A DNA stretch of 62,805 nucleotides, counting the filler, from Diploschistes diacapsis (taxonomy: Eukaryota), in assembly GCA_023645945.1 (NCBI GenBank). It is 17 parts of 17 records of this genome, joined end to end, with 100 filler letters (N's around TTAATTAATTAA, not from the genome) between each part and the next. Parts side by side here need not be neighbours in the genome. Positions count along the whole stretch, not along the records: positions 30,764 to 51,451 come from JALAIB010000332.1; positions 51,552 to 52,872 come from JALAIB010003320.1; 15 more parts are not named here. One strand, given 5' to 3'. Below are positions 41,179-52,490 of this stretch, in pieces. Below the pieces are notes generated by a model. The model saw nothing but the letters and a program-made list of their open reading frames with translations. It made no database searches and was not told the origin of the DNA. Position 1 is the stretch's first letter. Every line of letters starts with the position of its first letter. Position numbers and translations under genes: made by a program.

Positions 41179-41917
41179 ATGAAACAAGAACGACTCAATG
41201 ATGCCGCTATTGCTTTATGCCGGATTCTACAAGCAGCCGGTGTAAAGCATGGCATCTTCGGGGGTTACGGCATTGGAGCTCTTGGTGGGCCTCGAGAGAG
41301 CAAGGATGTTGACTGCATCGCGTCCATCACCAACGCAGAGGTGATAGCGATCGTGAATTTCAAAAATGCGTTTGTTTATGTCAACCACGGTAGAGATGAT
41401 TATGCGTCTTTCTTGTGGTCCGATAGGCCAAGCCGAGAACGAGCAAGTCCTGGTAAAAGTTTTCGTGAACTCGGTTCCAGGTAGGATGTCTGTGATCTGT
41501 GGAATATACTGCAAGAGGCTCACAATAGATTTAGGAGCGCTATACGGGATGCACGGAGTCCAAACCTTGATCCGGCAGGTAATCGGTCAGATCACAGGCA
41601 CTGGAAACATATTCCATCTAGACCCAAGTTTTATATTCATAAGGAAAGTACGCGCCGCTGCCCTTCGCGACAAATATCACGACTCCGCAGACATCAGATG
41701 GCTAGAGGGCAACTACAGGCCTTTGCTCATCGAAAGAAGGGATGTTGTCAATCTGGACTATGCGGGTCTGGCGATGAAGCGATATCCAGAGCTTGAATTT
41801 GTATTCAACCGCATCGGAATAGACGTTCAAGCTGCAAAGGCAAGAGTGGCAGCCGTTTATCTCTCGGGGCTGCCTCCTCCGCAGAATGGGGACTTTCAGC
41901 AAGGTCTTCATGGCTGA
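41179..41917 (+). pseudogene. AbiEii/MenT-like nucleotidyltransferase-fold gene with one +1 frameshift near 41430-41446 (pseudogene or base-call error); intron 41481-41534
   Basis: IFGGYGIGALGGPRESKDVDC (GG-x-R-x-S/T-x-D-x-D) and C-terminal KVRAAALRDKYHDSADIRWL; the two halves lie in different frames before the intron. Confidence 0.65.
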
Positions 41918-42803
41918 CAAAGTGCGAAGCGCCGAAGATACTGCACGCAAACTTCTGCTGCGACTCGAATCCTTGACAATCTTCTGTCCACTACTATTAC
42001 GTTTCGTCCGGGGATTCTTCGTACTTGTCTAGCTTCTTCACTGTCGCGTATGAAGCAAGTGATTTCGTTCCCATTGAACTCATCCATGCGTTGTCCTTTC
42101 TTGTCAATGAACCTTCTAATGATTGCGAAATTTTGCTTATTTAACATCGGAAGATGTTGGCGAAGCCATTCCATATCAAGGTCCATGCCATCAACTAGTT
42201 GTTCGATGCCGATAGCGCCAGCGACATCACCGTTCTTACTAAATATGGAGCAGAAGTTGAGTAACAGTTTCGCAAGAGCCGGAAACGGAAGTCTCTCAAG
42301 CTCCTGGGCATCAATATACTCGATGATTTCTTTGCTATAGGCTACCTCGTTTGTGTGCTGTATATGAGGGACCTTTTCTTGCAATCTGCTCGCAGCTGGG
42401 CTCTCCGAAAATAGAGTCACATGAAAGTTCTCCGTAAGGCATCGATAGCGTGGGCATCCGAGTTTGTAAGAGGTATATAGGTTATTCTCTTCCTGCTCTG
42501 CTGTTGCAAAAAGCTCTCTTTGGCCGTTGAAGGCCCTCTTAGCCTTTTCAAATTGAGCAACAGGTATGCAAATCTCAAGATCCTAAAGGTTTTAGCTTAG
42601 ATACGTTTTGAAGAGTGGGAACGTACATGGAGAACCCTTGGAGCATTATAGTAAATTAAAGCCAATTCTCCAACAAAATAATACTCGATCCCAGCCTAGT
42701 TTTTGAAAGACCGGATTGCGGCAAAACATGTATCCGATGGAAATCAGGGGTTAGCATTCACTTTGCTATGCGCGCGTGTAAGTAAGACTTGTACGAAACT
42801 CAT
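41908..42803 (-). CDS. Hypothetical protein with a nucleotidyltransferase-like N-terminus; exons 42627-42695 and 41908-42582, first exon 42762-42803 tentative
   Basis: Spliced AGIEYYFVGELALIYYNAPRVLH|DLEICIP followed by an open 225-codon exon containing IEQLVDGMDLDMEW; GTACGT...TTTAG intron 42583-42626. Confidence 0.65.
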
Positions 42804-42828
42804 AGGGAGCACTACTCAGCCACTCAAA

Positions 42829-43740
42829 ATGCCGACTCTTGGATGGTCATCAGCAAAGCCCAAATTTCAAGTCCTCTCCGATCTTCACCTCGAAATCTGC
42901 AACCAATACTCCACCTATACCATCCCTGTCCGCGCCCCGAACCTCATCCTCGCCGGCGACATCGGGCGCCTAGCCGATTACACGTCCTATCTATCCTTCG
43001 TCACCCGCCAGTGCGCCCAATTTGCACTCGTCTTCCTCGTGCTAGGCAACCATGAGTTCTACGGTACCTCACGCAGCGAGGGCCTGCGTCTCGCGCAGAA
43101 ACTCCAATCAGAGTCCGCTCTGAACGGGCGGCTCGTGGTGCTGCACCAACGTCGCTTCGACGTTGGAGACGTGATGATTCTGGGGTGCACGCTGAACTCG
43201 CGCGTCACGCCTGCGGCGGAAAAAGTGGTGGGGATGGCGGTTGCGGATTTCCGGCGCATTGGGGACTGGACCGTGGCGCAGCACAACGAGGCTTTCGATG
43301 AGGACGTGCGCTGGCTCCGGGAGCAGGTCCGGCTTGTGCAGAGGGAGAATAATGAGCGTAAACTCGGGAATGAAGACCGACAGGCCCAAATCCTCGTCGT
43401 GACGCACCATGCGCCAGCTTTACGTGGGACATCGAGGTCTAGCCAGGAGGGGTCGGCGATCGTGTCGGCGTTTGCGACGGATCTAGTACCCGGGCTAGGT
43501 GACTTCGTAGGTGTGGATTGTTGGGTATATGGGCATACGCATTATAGCAATGCCTTTAAACTGGGCGGAGTTAGGCTCATTAGCAATCAGCGCGGGTATG
43601 TCCTCCCGTCTCCTCAGCAGCCAGAGAGGAGGAAGAACTGGGGAAAATGGATCAGTAGTTTCAAGACAACGCTACTGCGCTCGTCGTACTTTCCCGCTGA
43701 AGAGAACTTATTCGACGTTGAAAAAGCAATCAGCGTTTAA
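42829..43740 (+). CDS. Calcineurin-like metallophosphoesterase, intronless
   Basis: SDLHLE, LAGDIG, LGNHEFY, VTHHAP, YGHTH, SNQRGY motifs intact. Confidence 0.9.
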   Translation: MPTLGWSSAKPKFQVLSDLHLEICNQYSTYTIPVRAPNLILAGDIGRLADYTSYLSFVTRQCAQFALVFLVLGNHEFYGTSRSEGLRLAQKLQSESALNGRLVVLHQRRFDVGDVMILGCTLNSRVTPAAEKVVGMAVADFRRIGDWTVAQHNEAFDEDVRWLREQVRLVQRENNERKLGNEDRQAQILVVTHHAPALRGTSRSSQEGSAIVSAFATDLVPGLGDFVGVDCWVYGHTHYSNAFKLGGVRLISNQRGYVLPSPQQPERRKNWGKWISSFKTTLLRSSYFPAEENLFDVEKAISV

Positions 43741-44209
43741 AAGCCTGGTCGGTGTGACATCGTCGTGGTCCTCCTGGTAACTTTTGTCCTCTCGGATACT
43801 GAACTTGCGTCCGGCTGATTACAATGGAAGAAACAAGTCATCTGACAAAGCGAAAGATTGTCGTGGTAGCCAAAAAAAATATTCAGATGTATTTTGGGAA
43901 GATGTAGTAGGTTCCAACATCCACAAAAACAGCTGCCCCTATAGGATGGATGTATTCCTATTCAGGAAATAAAAGCTGCGTCAAGCTAGCCCCCATCAAG
44001 ATTAGCGCTCTTATATTCTAAGTTTACCGTGAGCCAATGATGCAGTGTGGATGTTTGACCGCTCGTGCTCTTGGCAAAAAAAAACCCCAATGCGCCCTCG
44101 AATGCACAAGATTTAAAGACCATGGGGCGGACAGCAACACCCCGAGCTACACGTTTGTTGATACGCCGAGGATCTTAACATCGAGCTTCAGCGTGGCGCA
44201 GAGCCAATA

Positions 44210-46711
44210 ATGGCGAACCACTCCAAGAAATCCACGCGCAAGTTTGAGAAAAAGCACCTCAAGCCCACCCTCGAGCGGCGCAAAGAATTTGCCAAGATAA
44301 AGCAACGACACCAGGTGCAAGACAAGAAGAAAGCGAGGCGTGCGCAGGAAAATGCCAAGCGTGAGGATGGAGAGGAAGGGACAAAGGTGCAGCAGAAGAA
44401 GGAGAAGGATCAAAAGGCAAAAGAGGCTTTTGAGAGCATGACAGTTGATGAATTCTTTGCGGGAGGTTTTGATGTGCCGGAGCTAGCGGCAGAGAATGGG
44501 AAGGGCAAGAAGGGAACGAAGGGGGAGAAGAGGCTGGGGGAGGGGAAGGCGATTACGGGAAAGCGTAAGAGAGAACAAGAGCGGGAAGAGGAGCAATCAG
44601 CACAAAGTGGCAGCGAAGCGGAATCGGCGGATGAGACAGAAGAAGGGCATAAAGGGGAATTGAAGACGCTAGCGAAGAAGGACACGGAGTTCTATGAGTT
44701 CTTGAAGAAGAACGACCCGGAGCTTCTTGATTTTGATGACAATGACCTAGCGGGCCTGGAGTTGAGCGATGACAAGGAGGCTCCCAAGAAGAAGAAGAAA
44801 GTCCGCGGTCAACAACATGTTGAAGCTGACAACACGGTGACATTAGAGATGGCGGAGAAATGGAAGCAGTCTCTCATCAAACAGCAATCGCTAAGAACTG
44901 TGAGGGAAGTGATACTGGCGTTCCGCGCAGCAGTCCGCACGGACGAGGATGATGGGAAGGAGTACAGATACTCGGTATCTTCACCGGATGTATACCACCA
45001 GATTCTGGTGACTGCGCTTAAACACATACCCGACGTCGTTCAGCATCATGTACCGATCAAAGAGCTCGCATCGGGCAAGGTCCGCGTTCCTACCGATACG
45101 AAAAAGTATAAGACTATCACACCACTCTTGAACTCTCACGCTATCTCTCTCACGCATCTGCTCGAGACCCTTTCTGATGAAGCGACGCTAAAGCTGACTT
45201 TAACCTGCATCCACCCTTTGCTCCCCTACTTCCTGTCCTTCAGAAAAGCCCTCAAGAACTTGGTCAAGACCGTCGTTGGCCTCTGGTCTGACCACTCCAG
45301 CTCTGAGGCAACTAGGATCAGTGCCTTTCTTCTTATCCGAAGATTCTCTGTCATTGGTGACGCGGCAATACGGGAGTCGCTGCTCAAAGCTGCTTACCAA
45401 GGCCTTGTGAAGGGCAGCCGCAACACAACAGTCCACACGCTCGCGGGCATAAACCTAATGAAGAACTCAGCTGTTGATCTTTGGGGAGTTGACCTCGATC
45501 AGAGCTATACGACCGGCTTCACTTACATTCGGCAGCTCGCGATCCACCTCCGCACAACTCTGACACACCCAACGAAGGACTCTTACAAAGCTATATACAA
45601 CTGGCAATACGTGCACTCGCTTGATTTCTGGTCGCGAGTGTTCTCTGCGCATTGCTCGCCAGCAGCGAACCCTCTCCTCAAAAAGCCCACCGACTCTCCG
45701 CTTCATGCCTTGATCTACCCGCTCGTGCAAGTCACTCTCGGGGCACTGAGGCTAATCCCCACACCGACATACTTTCCCCTGAGATTCCATCTGACTCGAT
45801 CCCTTCTACGCATCTCCAGATCTACCACTACTTACATACCCCTCGCGCCAGCGCTGCTCGAAGTGCTGCAATCTCCCGAAGTCAAAGATCCTCCAAAACC
45901 CAGCACTCTAAAGCCTCTCGACTTCCCAACGACCCTTCGCGCTCCGAAACAATATATAAGAACTCGCGTCTACCAAGACGGTGTCATGGAGCAAGTCTCC
46001 GACCTCCTCGCCGAATTCTTCGGCTGCTGGTCTAAGAGCGTGGCCTTCCCCGAGCTTATCATCCCGCCTACCGTTCTTCTGAAGCGCTGGATGAAGGATG
46101 TCTCCACTCCTAACCGCAAGCAGCCACATGACAAGAAAGGCAAGACTAAACGCCCGAATCCTAGGCTCACAGCGCCTATTTCTCTCCTCATTCAAAAGCT
46201 GAACCTAAACGCGGAATACATCGAGCGGCATAGGCGTACGCTGGACTTCGCGCCAAAGGATAGGCAGCAGCTGGAGGGCTTCCTCAGAGATGTGTCCTGG
46301 GAAGACACGCCGATGGGTGCGTTCGTGGCGGGTATTAGGAAACAGAGGGAAGAGAGGGAAAGGTTGTTGGAGAAGAGTCGGCGAGAGGATGAGGAAAGAA
46401 AGAAGAGGGAGAAGGAGGTTGATGAAGAGGAGTCGGTGATTGAGGAGGAAGATGAGGATGAGAGTGAGAGTGATGGAGGTGTTGCTGTGAAAGGGAGGGC
46501 GGCGAAGAAAATGAATGGCAAGGCAAGAGGGAAGCGAGCTGCGGCTGATGATGACGAGGAGGAGGAGGAAGAAGAAGAAGACGATGAGAAGGAATGGGAC
46601 GACGACGACGACGACGTCCTGCCGGATGCTGAAGAAGGCTTCATAGATGACGAAGCTATGGAGGGCGAAGGCGACGAAGAAGATGAGGAGGAAGGGAATG
46701 ATTACAATTAG
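44210..46711 (+). CDS. NOC2: Nucleolar complex protein 2 (60S ribosome biogenesis), intronless
   Basis: KKSTRKFEKKHLK, INLMKNS, FTYIRQLAIHLR, IYNWQYVHSLDFWSRV, YFPLRFH, SVAFPEL and an acidic tail. Confidence 0.95.
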   Translation: MANHSKKSTRKFEKKHLKPTLERRKEFAKIKQRHQVQDKKKARRAQENAKREDGEEGTKVQQKKEKDQKAKEAFESMTVDEFFAGGFDVPELAAENGKGKKGTKGEKRLGEGKAITGKRKREQEREEEQSAQSGSEAESADETEEGHKGELKTLAKKDTEFYEFLKKNDPELLDFDDNDLAGLELSDDKEAPKKKKKVRGQQHVEADNTVTLEMAEKWKQSLIKQQSLRTVREVILAFRAAVRTDEDDGKEYRYSVSSPDVYHQILVTALKHIPDVVQHHVPIKELASGKVRVPTDTKKYKTITPLLNSHAISLTHLLETLSDEATLKLTLTCIHPLLPYFLSFRKALKNLVKTVVGLWSDHSSSEATRISAFLLIRRFSVIGDAAIRESLLKAAYQGLVKGSRNTTVHTLAGINLMKNSAVDLWGVDLDQSYTTGFTYIRQLAIHLRTTLTHPTKDSYKAIYNWQYVHSLDFWSRVFSAHCSPAANPLLKKPTDSPLHALIYPLVQVTLGALRLIPTPTYFPLRFHLTRSLLRISRSTTTYIPLAPALLEVLQSPEVKDPPKPSTLKPLDFPTTLRAPKQYIRTRVYQDGVMEQVSDLLAEFFGCWSKSVAFPELIIPPTVLLKRWMKDVSTPNRKQPHDKKGKTKRPNPRLTAPISLLIQKLNLNAEYIERHRRTLDFAPKDRQQLEGFLRDVSWEDTPMGAFVAGIRKQREERERLLEKSRREDEERKKREKEVDEEESVIEEEDEDESESDGGVAVKGRAAKKMNGKARGKRAAADDDEEEEEEEEDDEKEWDDDDDDVLPDAEEGFIDDEAMEGEGDEEDEEEGNDYN

Positions 46712-48119
46712 GAGAGGGTGGCTAGATGAGGTTTAAGTATCAAGCACAGCTTAAGCCGAAGAATCTACGTGCATTGAGACTGACCAAATCCTGTTGTCAT
46801 CATGATATGTGTCTCGAGTCCTGCCGTGCCCTGCTAATGCATAACAATTGTCGTTATCATTATCATTAGAACATGACAACGAGCTAACAACCCTACTTAG
46901 TGCTGCCGGCGTCCACTTTATTGCGGCCACCGTAAGCAGATGAAGGCGTGTTGCCAAAGCTTCTAGAAGACAACCGCGCTCAGCTCATCAACAACAACTC
47001 TTTCTTTGGGAACCACGACCCGCACCGAGCAAAGCTTACTTTCCAGGCCAAAATAAAAACATTTAAAGCCAGAACCCAAGCCCAGTCACAGCTCGCAAGA
47101 CACTCAATAGCACCACAACTCGACCAAAAAAAAACCTTGGCTGCTTCGTCGCTAGACCTTAGCAGAGCTCCTGACATCACCACGGATCTGCTTGTCAGCG
47201 GGGTGAAGCTCTTCTCCCAGCAACGGCAACGGCGGAGCAGACAGTTATGGAGCAGCGAGCCCTTGGATCTATCTATCTCTTTATACATCCTACCGATTCG
47301 CTGGCAGCCAGCTAGCGCAACTTTGGGATTAAAAACCGAGAACTATGGTCATGGTTGTGATCAAGTCTTGAATGATAAGGCTCTGACTGTAATCAGCGCG
47401 TTTGGAGTGCTTCGGGTTAGGACCATCGCTTGATGGGCGTTGGTGGAAGGTAGGTATGGAGTGTTCCCGAAGGTGTTGCTCTTCGTAATACTGCAGTTGG
47501 AGCTTCCGCATGAGTTGATCTTAATAATGCTGCGGTTGGAGCTATGAAGTTGGAGTGCTTCGAATGAGATGCCCTTCTTCATCACCTCGTGTACTGTGGG
47601 AAGCTATGGCCAGATTGTGGATCGTGAGGCCTATAGCACGATCGACTGACGGCGGAGGTTGGGTCACCTCAGCGGAAGCAGGAGGGTTCACAGATGGTTG
47701 AAACCTTGCATTCGGAATTTGAATGCGTCTAAGCAAGTGAATCTCAGACGGATAAAGATGGTATTCATTCATTCACTTGGCTTTGGTTTCCCCCCTACTA
47801 TTCAAGTCTTTCGTACGCCCTTGAGTTTGCGGATCTTCGAAGTTGATAGAACTTCTTTCCTTATGCACTCTTCTCTCTCCGTCCTTCTCTCTCTCTCTAT
47901 TACTCTCTTTATGCATAAATATATACACGTATCATATGATTCATTTCCCCCATCTCCATTGCTACCTCTTTTCAGTTATCCGCAGCGCTTCGCACCATCA
48001 CAAGCTCGGTAATCGAATTCAGGCAGGAGAATCTGAAGGCCTCTCCACAACACTTCATTCAACCATCTCAGCGGCATGTCTGCACCAAGTTAGGAGATCC
48101 CACAACTGGTCAATTCGAT

Positions 48120-50359
48120 ATGTCCTCTCCAACTCACTGGCTGCTCCCTACCCCGGAAGAGCTCCTCGAGTACAGAACACTGGCCCAGATCCTTCAAACC
48201 TTGGACCATGCAAAAGCAAAAAAAGAAGTCGCAGATCATGGAAGTAACACGATAACAACTAGGATCCGAGCAACCACGAAGCCCAATCGGCAGAAGGCGG
48301 CGACTTTACCGTATGCTCAATGCGCTTGTTAATGCCCTAGTTAGAGAGGACGAGGCGATCGCTGCAGCTCCTGGTCAGGGCGCGCAGTTGAATATGGCGG
48401 TGAATCTGAAAGAGGCTGAAAGTTCTGGACTATCGTCACTGTCAGGTGACACGACAAGACACAAGGTAGATGTAAAAGGCTTTCTTCTTTTAGCGCTCGA
48501 AGCCTGCCGAAACTGGGTTTTGATTTCGACATCCCTTTATTGGTTCTCGATCTCAATAAATGGATGGGCGCTGGACAGAAGCAGCGGATAGCGTTCGACG
48601 AGCATTTGAGGCTCATATTAACGCTATTACGCCAGTTTCACAAAGGCGGGAACGAAAAAGAGAAAAAATCCCTTTATCACAGGGCGCAACAATATATAAC
48701 CACGGCATGCGTCTTTAAAATGCAACGCCGTGTTAATAGTGGGAAAGCGAGGACTATAAAAGCGAGATGCGGCCCAGGAAAGGAAGAAGATAAAGGAATG
48801 CCTCCAATCTTTGGCGGACGGAACCTATATGACTTTATTTTAGAAGGGCCCCCACAGCAGGCTGTGACCAAACAGGACACGGTAGATTTCTCCTTAAGCT
48901 CTGAGGCTAGGAGTTGCATCGTGGGCCTGCGCTGCGTGGAGGCGGAGCCAAAAGAACCCTTGCTGTTTTCCACGAGGCTGGACGAAGGCGTCTCGGTCTT
49001 GCTCTGGCCAAGTGTCTAGGTGACGCCTCGGAAGCTATTAACGAGGAGTGCAAAGTCGCCGAAGATATCCAATCTGCAATACAACCAAGACAGGCAGCAC
49101 AATGGGAAACGGATCCTGTCCTCGCTAATAGAATATAGATGACAGCGATGGTGTTAATTCACGTGCTTGCAAAGTTCGATCGACTCGAGGCGTGCAATAT
49201 AGTAGAGAGATTCTACAAGCAGGATCTGGTTGAGAACTATCTAGGATGGTTGGCGTACGTCCGCGATATACGAACCACCTCTATGGAGCGATCAGGACCA
49301 CAGCCAACATCGGAACGCTGCTATAGAAATAGGTGACGATAACGACCAGAACGAAGTGGATGCAGCGGATATCGGCTTATATAGACGCTGGGTAAAGACA
49401 GCTCGGCAGTACCTTCGAGCCATCACCTTAAATTGGAGGTCGATGGATATTCCTTTCTTTCCTGGCTCCAAGATGAAGCCACGCATCGCATATTTCTTAG
49501 GGAAGCTAACAGTGAATCTGGTCAAAATATCAAGCAAGGAGCCAAACATGCAAGTGCCAGAGCTTCCATCATATACATTCAAACGTCCCATCGCGGCCAG
49601 GAAAGAGAACGCCGAGGCTTTGATCAGAGAGTGGATGGGAATAACGGAACAGATCAATAAACCCAACCCTTTCGAAGATACGTATCATGGTGAGAGTGTG
49701 TTGCTTAGTCTTAACTTCTTCAAGAAAGCTGGTAAAGTGAATCCGGACCTAATGGATTTCCTAGAGACGAAGGATCACAAGATTGAGCGCGACTGCCTGG
49801 GAAACTTTGGTGAGCTGGGTGCTTCCATTACCTTGTCAAAAAGATTTTGTTCTTCCTGTGCAGTATTGGTGGATATAGTCAATGAGAAAAGAGTCCAACT
49901 TTTAACGCTGGAGGAACATGAAGGTCTGAAAGTCGAAAACGATACCCGAATTTTGTTCATGTAGGCGAGAGCTCACTCTGGTCGGCGGTTGCCCAGCCGG
50001 GTTGGCTACCGAAACCATACTTTGACCACGTCATTCAGCATGCCCGAGACACGGTAACGGATTATATAGACGTTATATTCAGGGACATTCCGCTCGAAGA
50101 CAAAAGGAAAAGAACAAGATGGTTTGCTAACATGAGCAAGCAGACTAGGTCAATGATAGATTATGCTGCTATGTCGCGGATGAAGGCAACAGCAAAAACC
50201 GAGTTTCTCACAGGAGTGCCCAAAAGTCAGAGGCAACTGCCTCCAATAGAAGAAAAAGGAGGCAAGGGGGAGCAGCAAGAGCCCCCGAACTTGATAAAGG
50301 AAAGAGGAAAGCTGCAAACGAAGATGTCCAGCTTCTTCCGCCGTCATGGCTTTATATGA
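48120..50359 (+). pseudogene. Decayed OTT_1508-like nucleic acid/nucleotide deaminase gene
   Basis: Successive protein-like frames broken by frameshifts and stops: MLNALVNALVREDEAIAA, KMQRRV, YHGESVLLSL (HxE, 49686-49694), ITLSKRFCSSC (49836-49859), WSAVAQPGWLP. Confidence 0.6.
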
Positions 50360-51551
50360 AAAGACGAAGGCAAAAAGTCAAAGGAGACGGGGTCTTTGAA
50401 CTTTGAAAAGTACACGGAGGAGAAGTAGTTGAGACCGAGGCCGCTGAAGCTAATGTTCATTATCAGCGACAACAGTGGAAGTACGAAACGAGGTTTTAGC
50501 CTTTTGATACCCTGGGGTTCGAGATTCCACAGGTTAGCCTATAGCTCCAATACATAGAGATTTCGAAATATAAATAAATCTTACAATTGCATGATGCGTT
50601 GAGAAGCCCTACGGTGCTGTGTTATGGCCTTTATCATACCACTGAAGTGCTCCAAAACTGATGGGATATATAGTGCGAATACACACAGTAGCTCAACCTT
50701 CTTCAAGTTGTTTATAGCATTTCTTGTATGGCCTTCCTTCCAGCAGTGGCGAGCGATTCCACAAGACGATACCACTACCTCGTATCGGTGCTGATGGGCA
50801 TCTTACAGTCCGACCCAGCGACGATCACGAGCACGCAGACCTTGCTCTTCTCTCGCACTATGAGATCCTACCCAACGGCTGAACCTTCGACGACGGAAGT
50901 TTAACCGCCTATTTTTCTTTCACTCGAACGACCCTCTGCGTCCCCACTTGTACCGGTCTCGAGTAGTCATGTGTGCTGACAGGACCCGGAAACAGGAAGA
51001 AGAAGGCCGAGCTGGATGGACAAAGGCATCCTAAAGGACTCGTATTGACGCGGGTATCGTCACAGACCGACACCAGACTGCAGCTTATTCTTATGCCCGC
51101 ATATGTCGTCAGGGAACGATTGTGAGGGAAGTTGGAGCTAACGTGTTTACTACCTGGCCGGTCTAGCCGGATGTGGTAGGGTATCACGGCAACTCGCTCG
51201 TGTTACTGCGTCGCTGCCAAGGACCGATTGAATCGGTAGGAAAACGGGATCGGCGGATAGGAAGGGAAGGGTGTATAAAAGCTCGGGGTCCTCCACTTCG
51301 TTGATGTACTATCTTCAGCATCTTGTCCTTATAGCTTTTCTTCTTCCGCCAAGCCGGCCCCTTTCACCAGACCAATCCTCTCTCCCCCACCTCCATAGCT
51401 GCAACCACATCATCTCCGCCCCATAACCCAGCATGCGCTTACTACCCACCCNNNNNNNNNNNNNNNNNNNNNNNNNNNNNNNNNNNNNNNNNNNNTTAAT
51501 TAATTAANNNNNNNNNNNNNNNNNNNNNNNNNNNNNNNNNNNNNNNNNNNN

Positions 51552-52490
51552 TTTAAAAATTGGGTCATTAACGGTTTCTTTATAGCTTCTTAAAATACTA
51601 ATATAAACACAAGGCGCGCTGTCTAGGGAGACTTCCCTTGCTGTAGTAGGTAGGTAGTCGTAGGTGGTGTAGTAGGGGAATGTAGTGTGATCTCGTAGTC
51701 AACAGCATACCTAGGTAGGACATTGGTGAGGTGTAGGATGCATTCCCTCTCTAGAGCTACCTAGCAGGCCTCCTTAAATGGAGCTGCCCTGAGGGGACCC
51801 ACCCCCACCAAGTCTACAGCCTACATTTCTGTTTACACTAATTCGAGATAATTTTAGTTTAATATCGTTAATTATTTCTTACTCGCTGGCGATTAATACG
51901 ACAAGACTTTTTAAGACTTTAACCGACGAGTATTCCTTATTATCCCGTTCTCTTTTATTAATAACAGAAGTCGTGTTAAATAGTTCTTTATTCTGATATA
52001 TAGTTATTATTATTATTAAAACATCTTTTTCGTTTATTTTAGCGGGTTCAGGTTTAAGACGGAATTTAGAATCAAAATCAAATTTAAATTTAATATTTCT
52101 CTTTAAAACTTTTACTCGTAAGAACTTCTTAACTAAAACATCGGCCTTTAAAGTACCGTAATCCACCATTAATTTAGATCTTTTAAATAAAGTATCGGCC
52201 TTTAAGATGCTATAATTCACCACTAATTCAGATAGTTTAATATATTCGTTCTAAATTTCCTATTTCTACATCATTAATACCCTGTTGTCGTCCGTAATTA
52301 ACGTGTTATTACCGATTATTATTGACGAGGTATTTATTTCCCCGATATTATATGTTAGATTAACGGCTGATCGTTTTATTAACTTTCGGATAAATATTAT
52401 GTTATTACCTTTCTTATAGTTTTCGAGAAGTTTCAACTTTTAAAGATTAAACGTTTTATCTTTTCTAAATTTGACCGAACTCGTTCTAAT
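51552..52490 (-). mobile_element. Copia pol fragment carrying a 236-bp insertion
   Basis: Homologous to about 25640-26240. Confidence 0.8.
51602..51837. mobile_element. Solo-LTR-like insertion, T(A)TAAACA...TGTTTACA, with 4-bp TSD CTAA
   Basis: CTAA at 51598-51601 and 51838-51841; the empty site is visible in the paralogous copy near 25687. Confidence 0.8.

Noticed and set aside
46948..47800. ORFs between NOC2 and the deaminase relic
   Set aside because: No recognisable domain or consistent exon structure.
51275..51451. TATA box and ATG (51433) of a gene cut by the contig end
   Set aside because: Only six codons are visible; cannot be supported.
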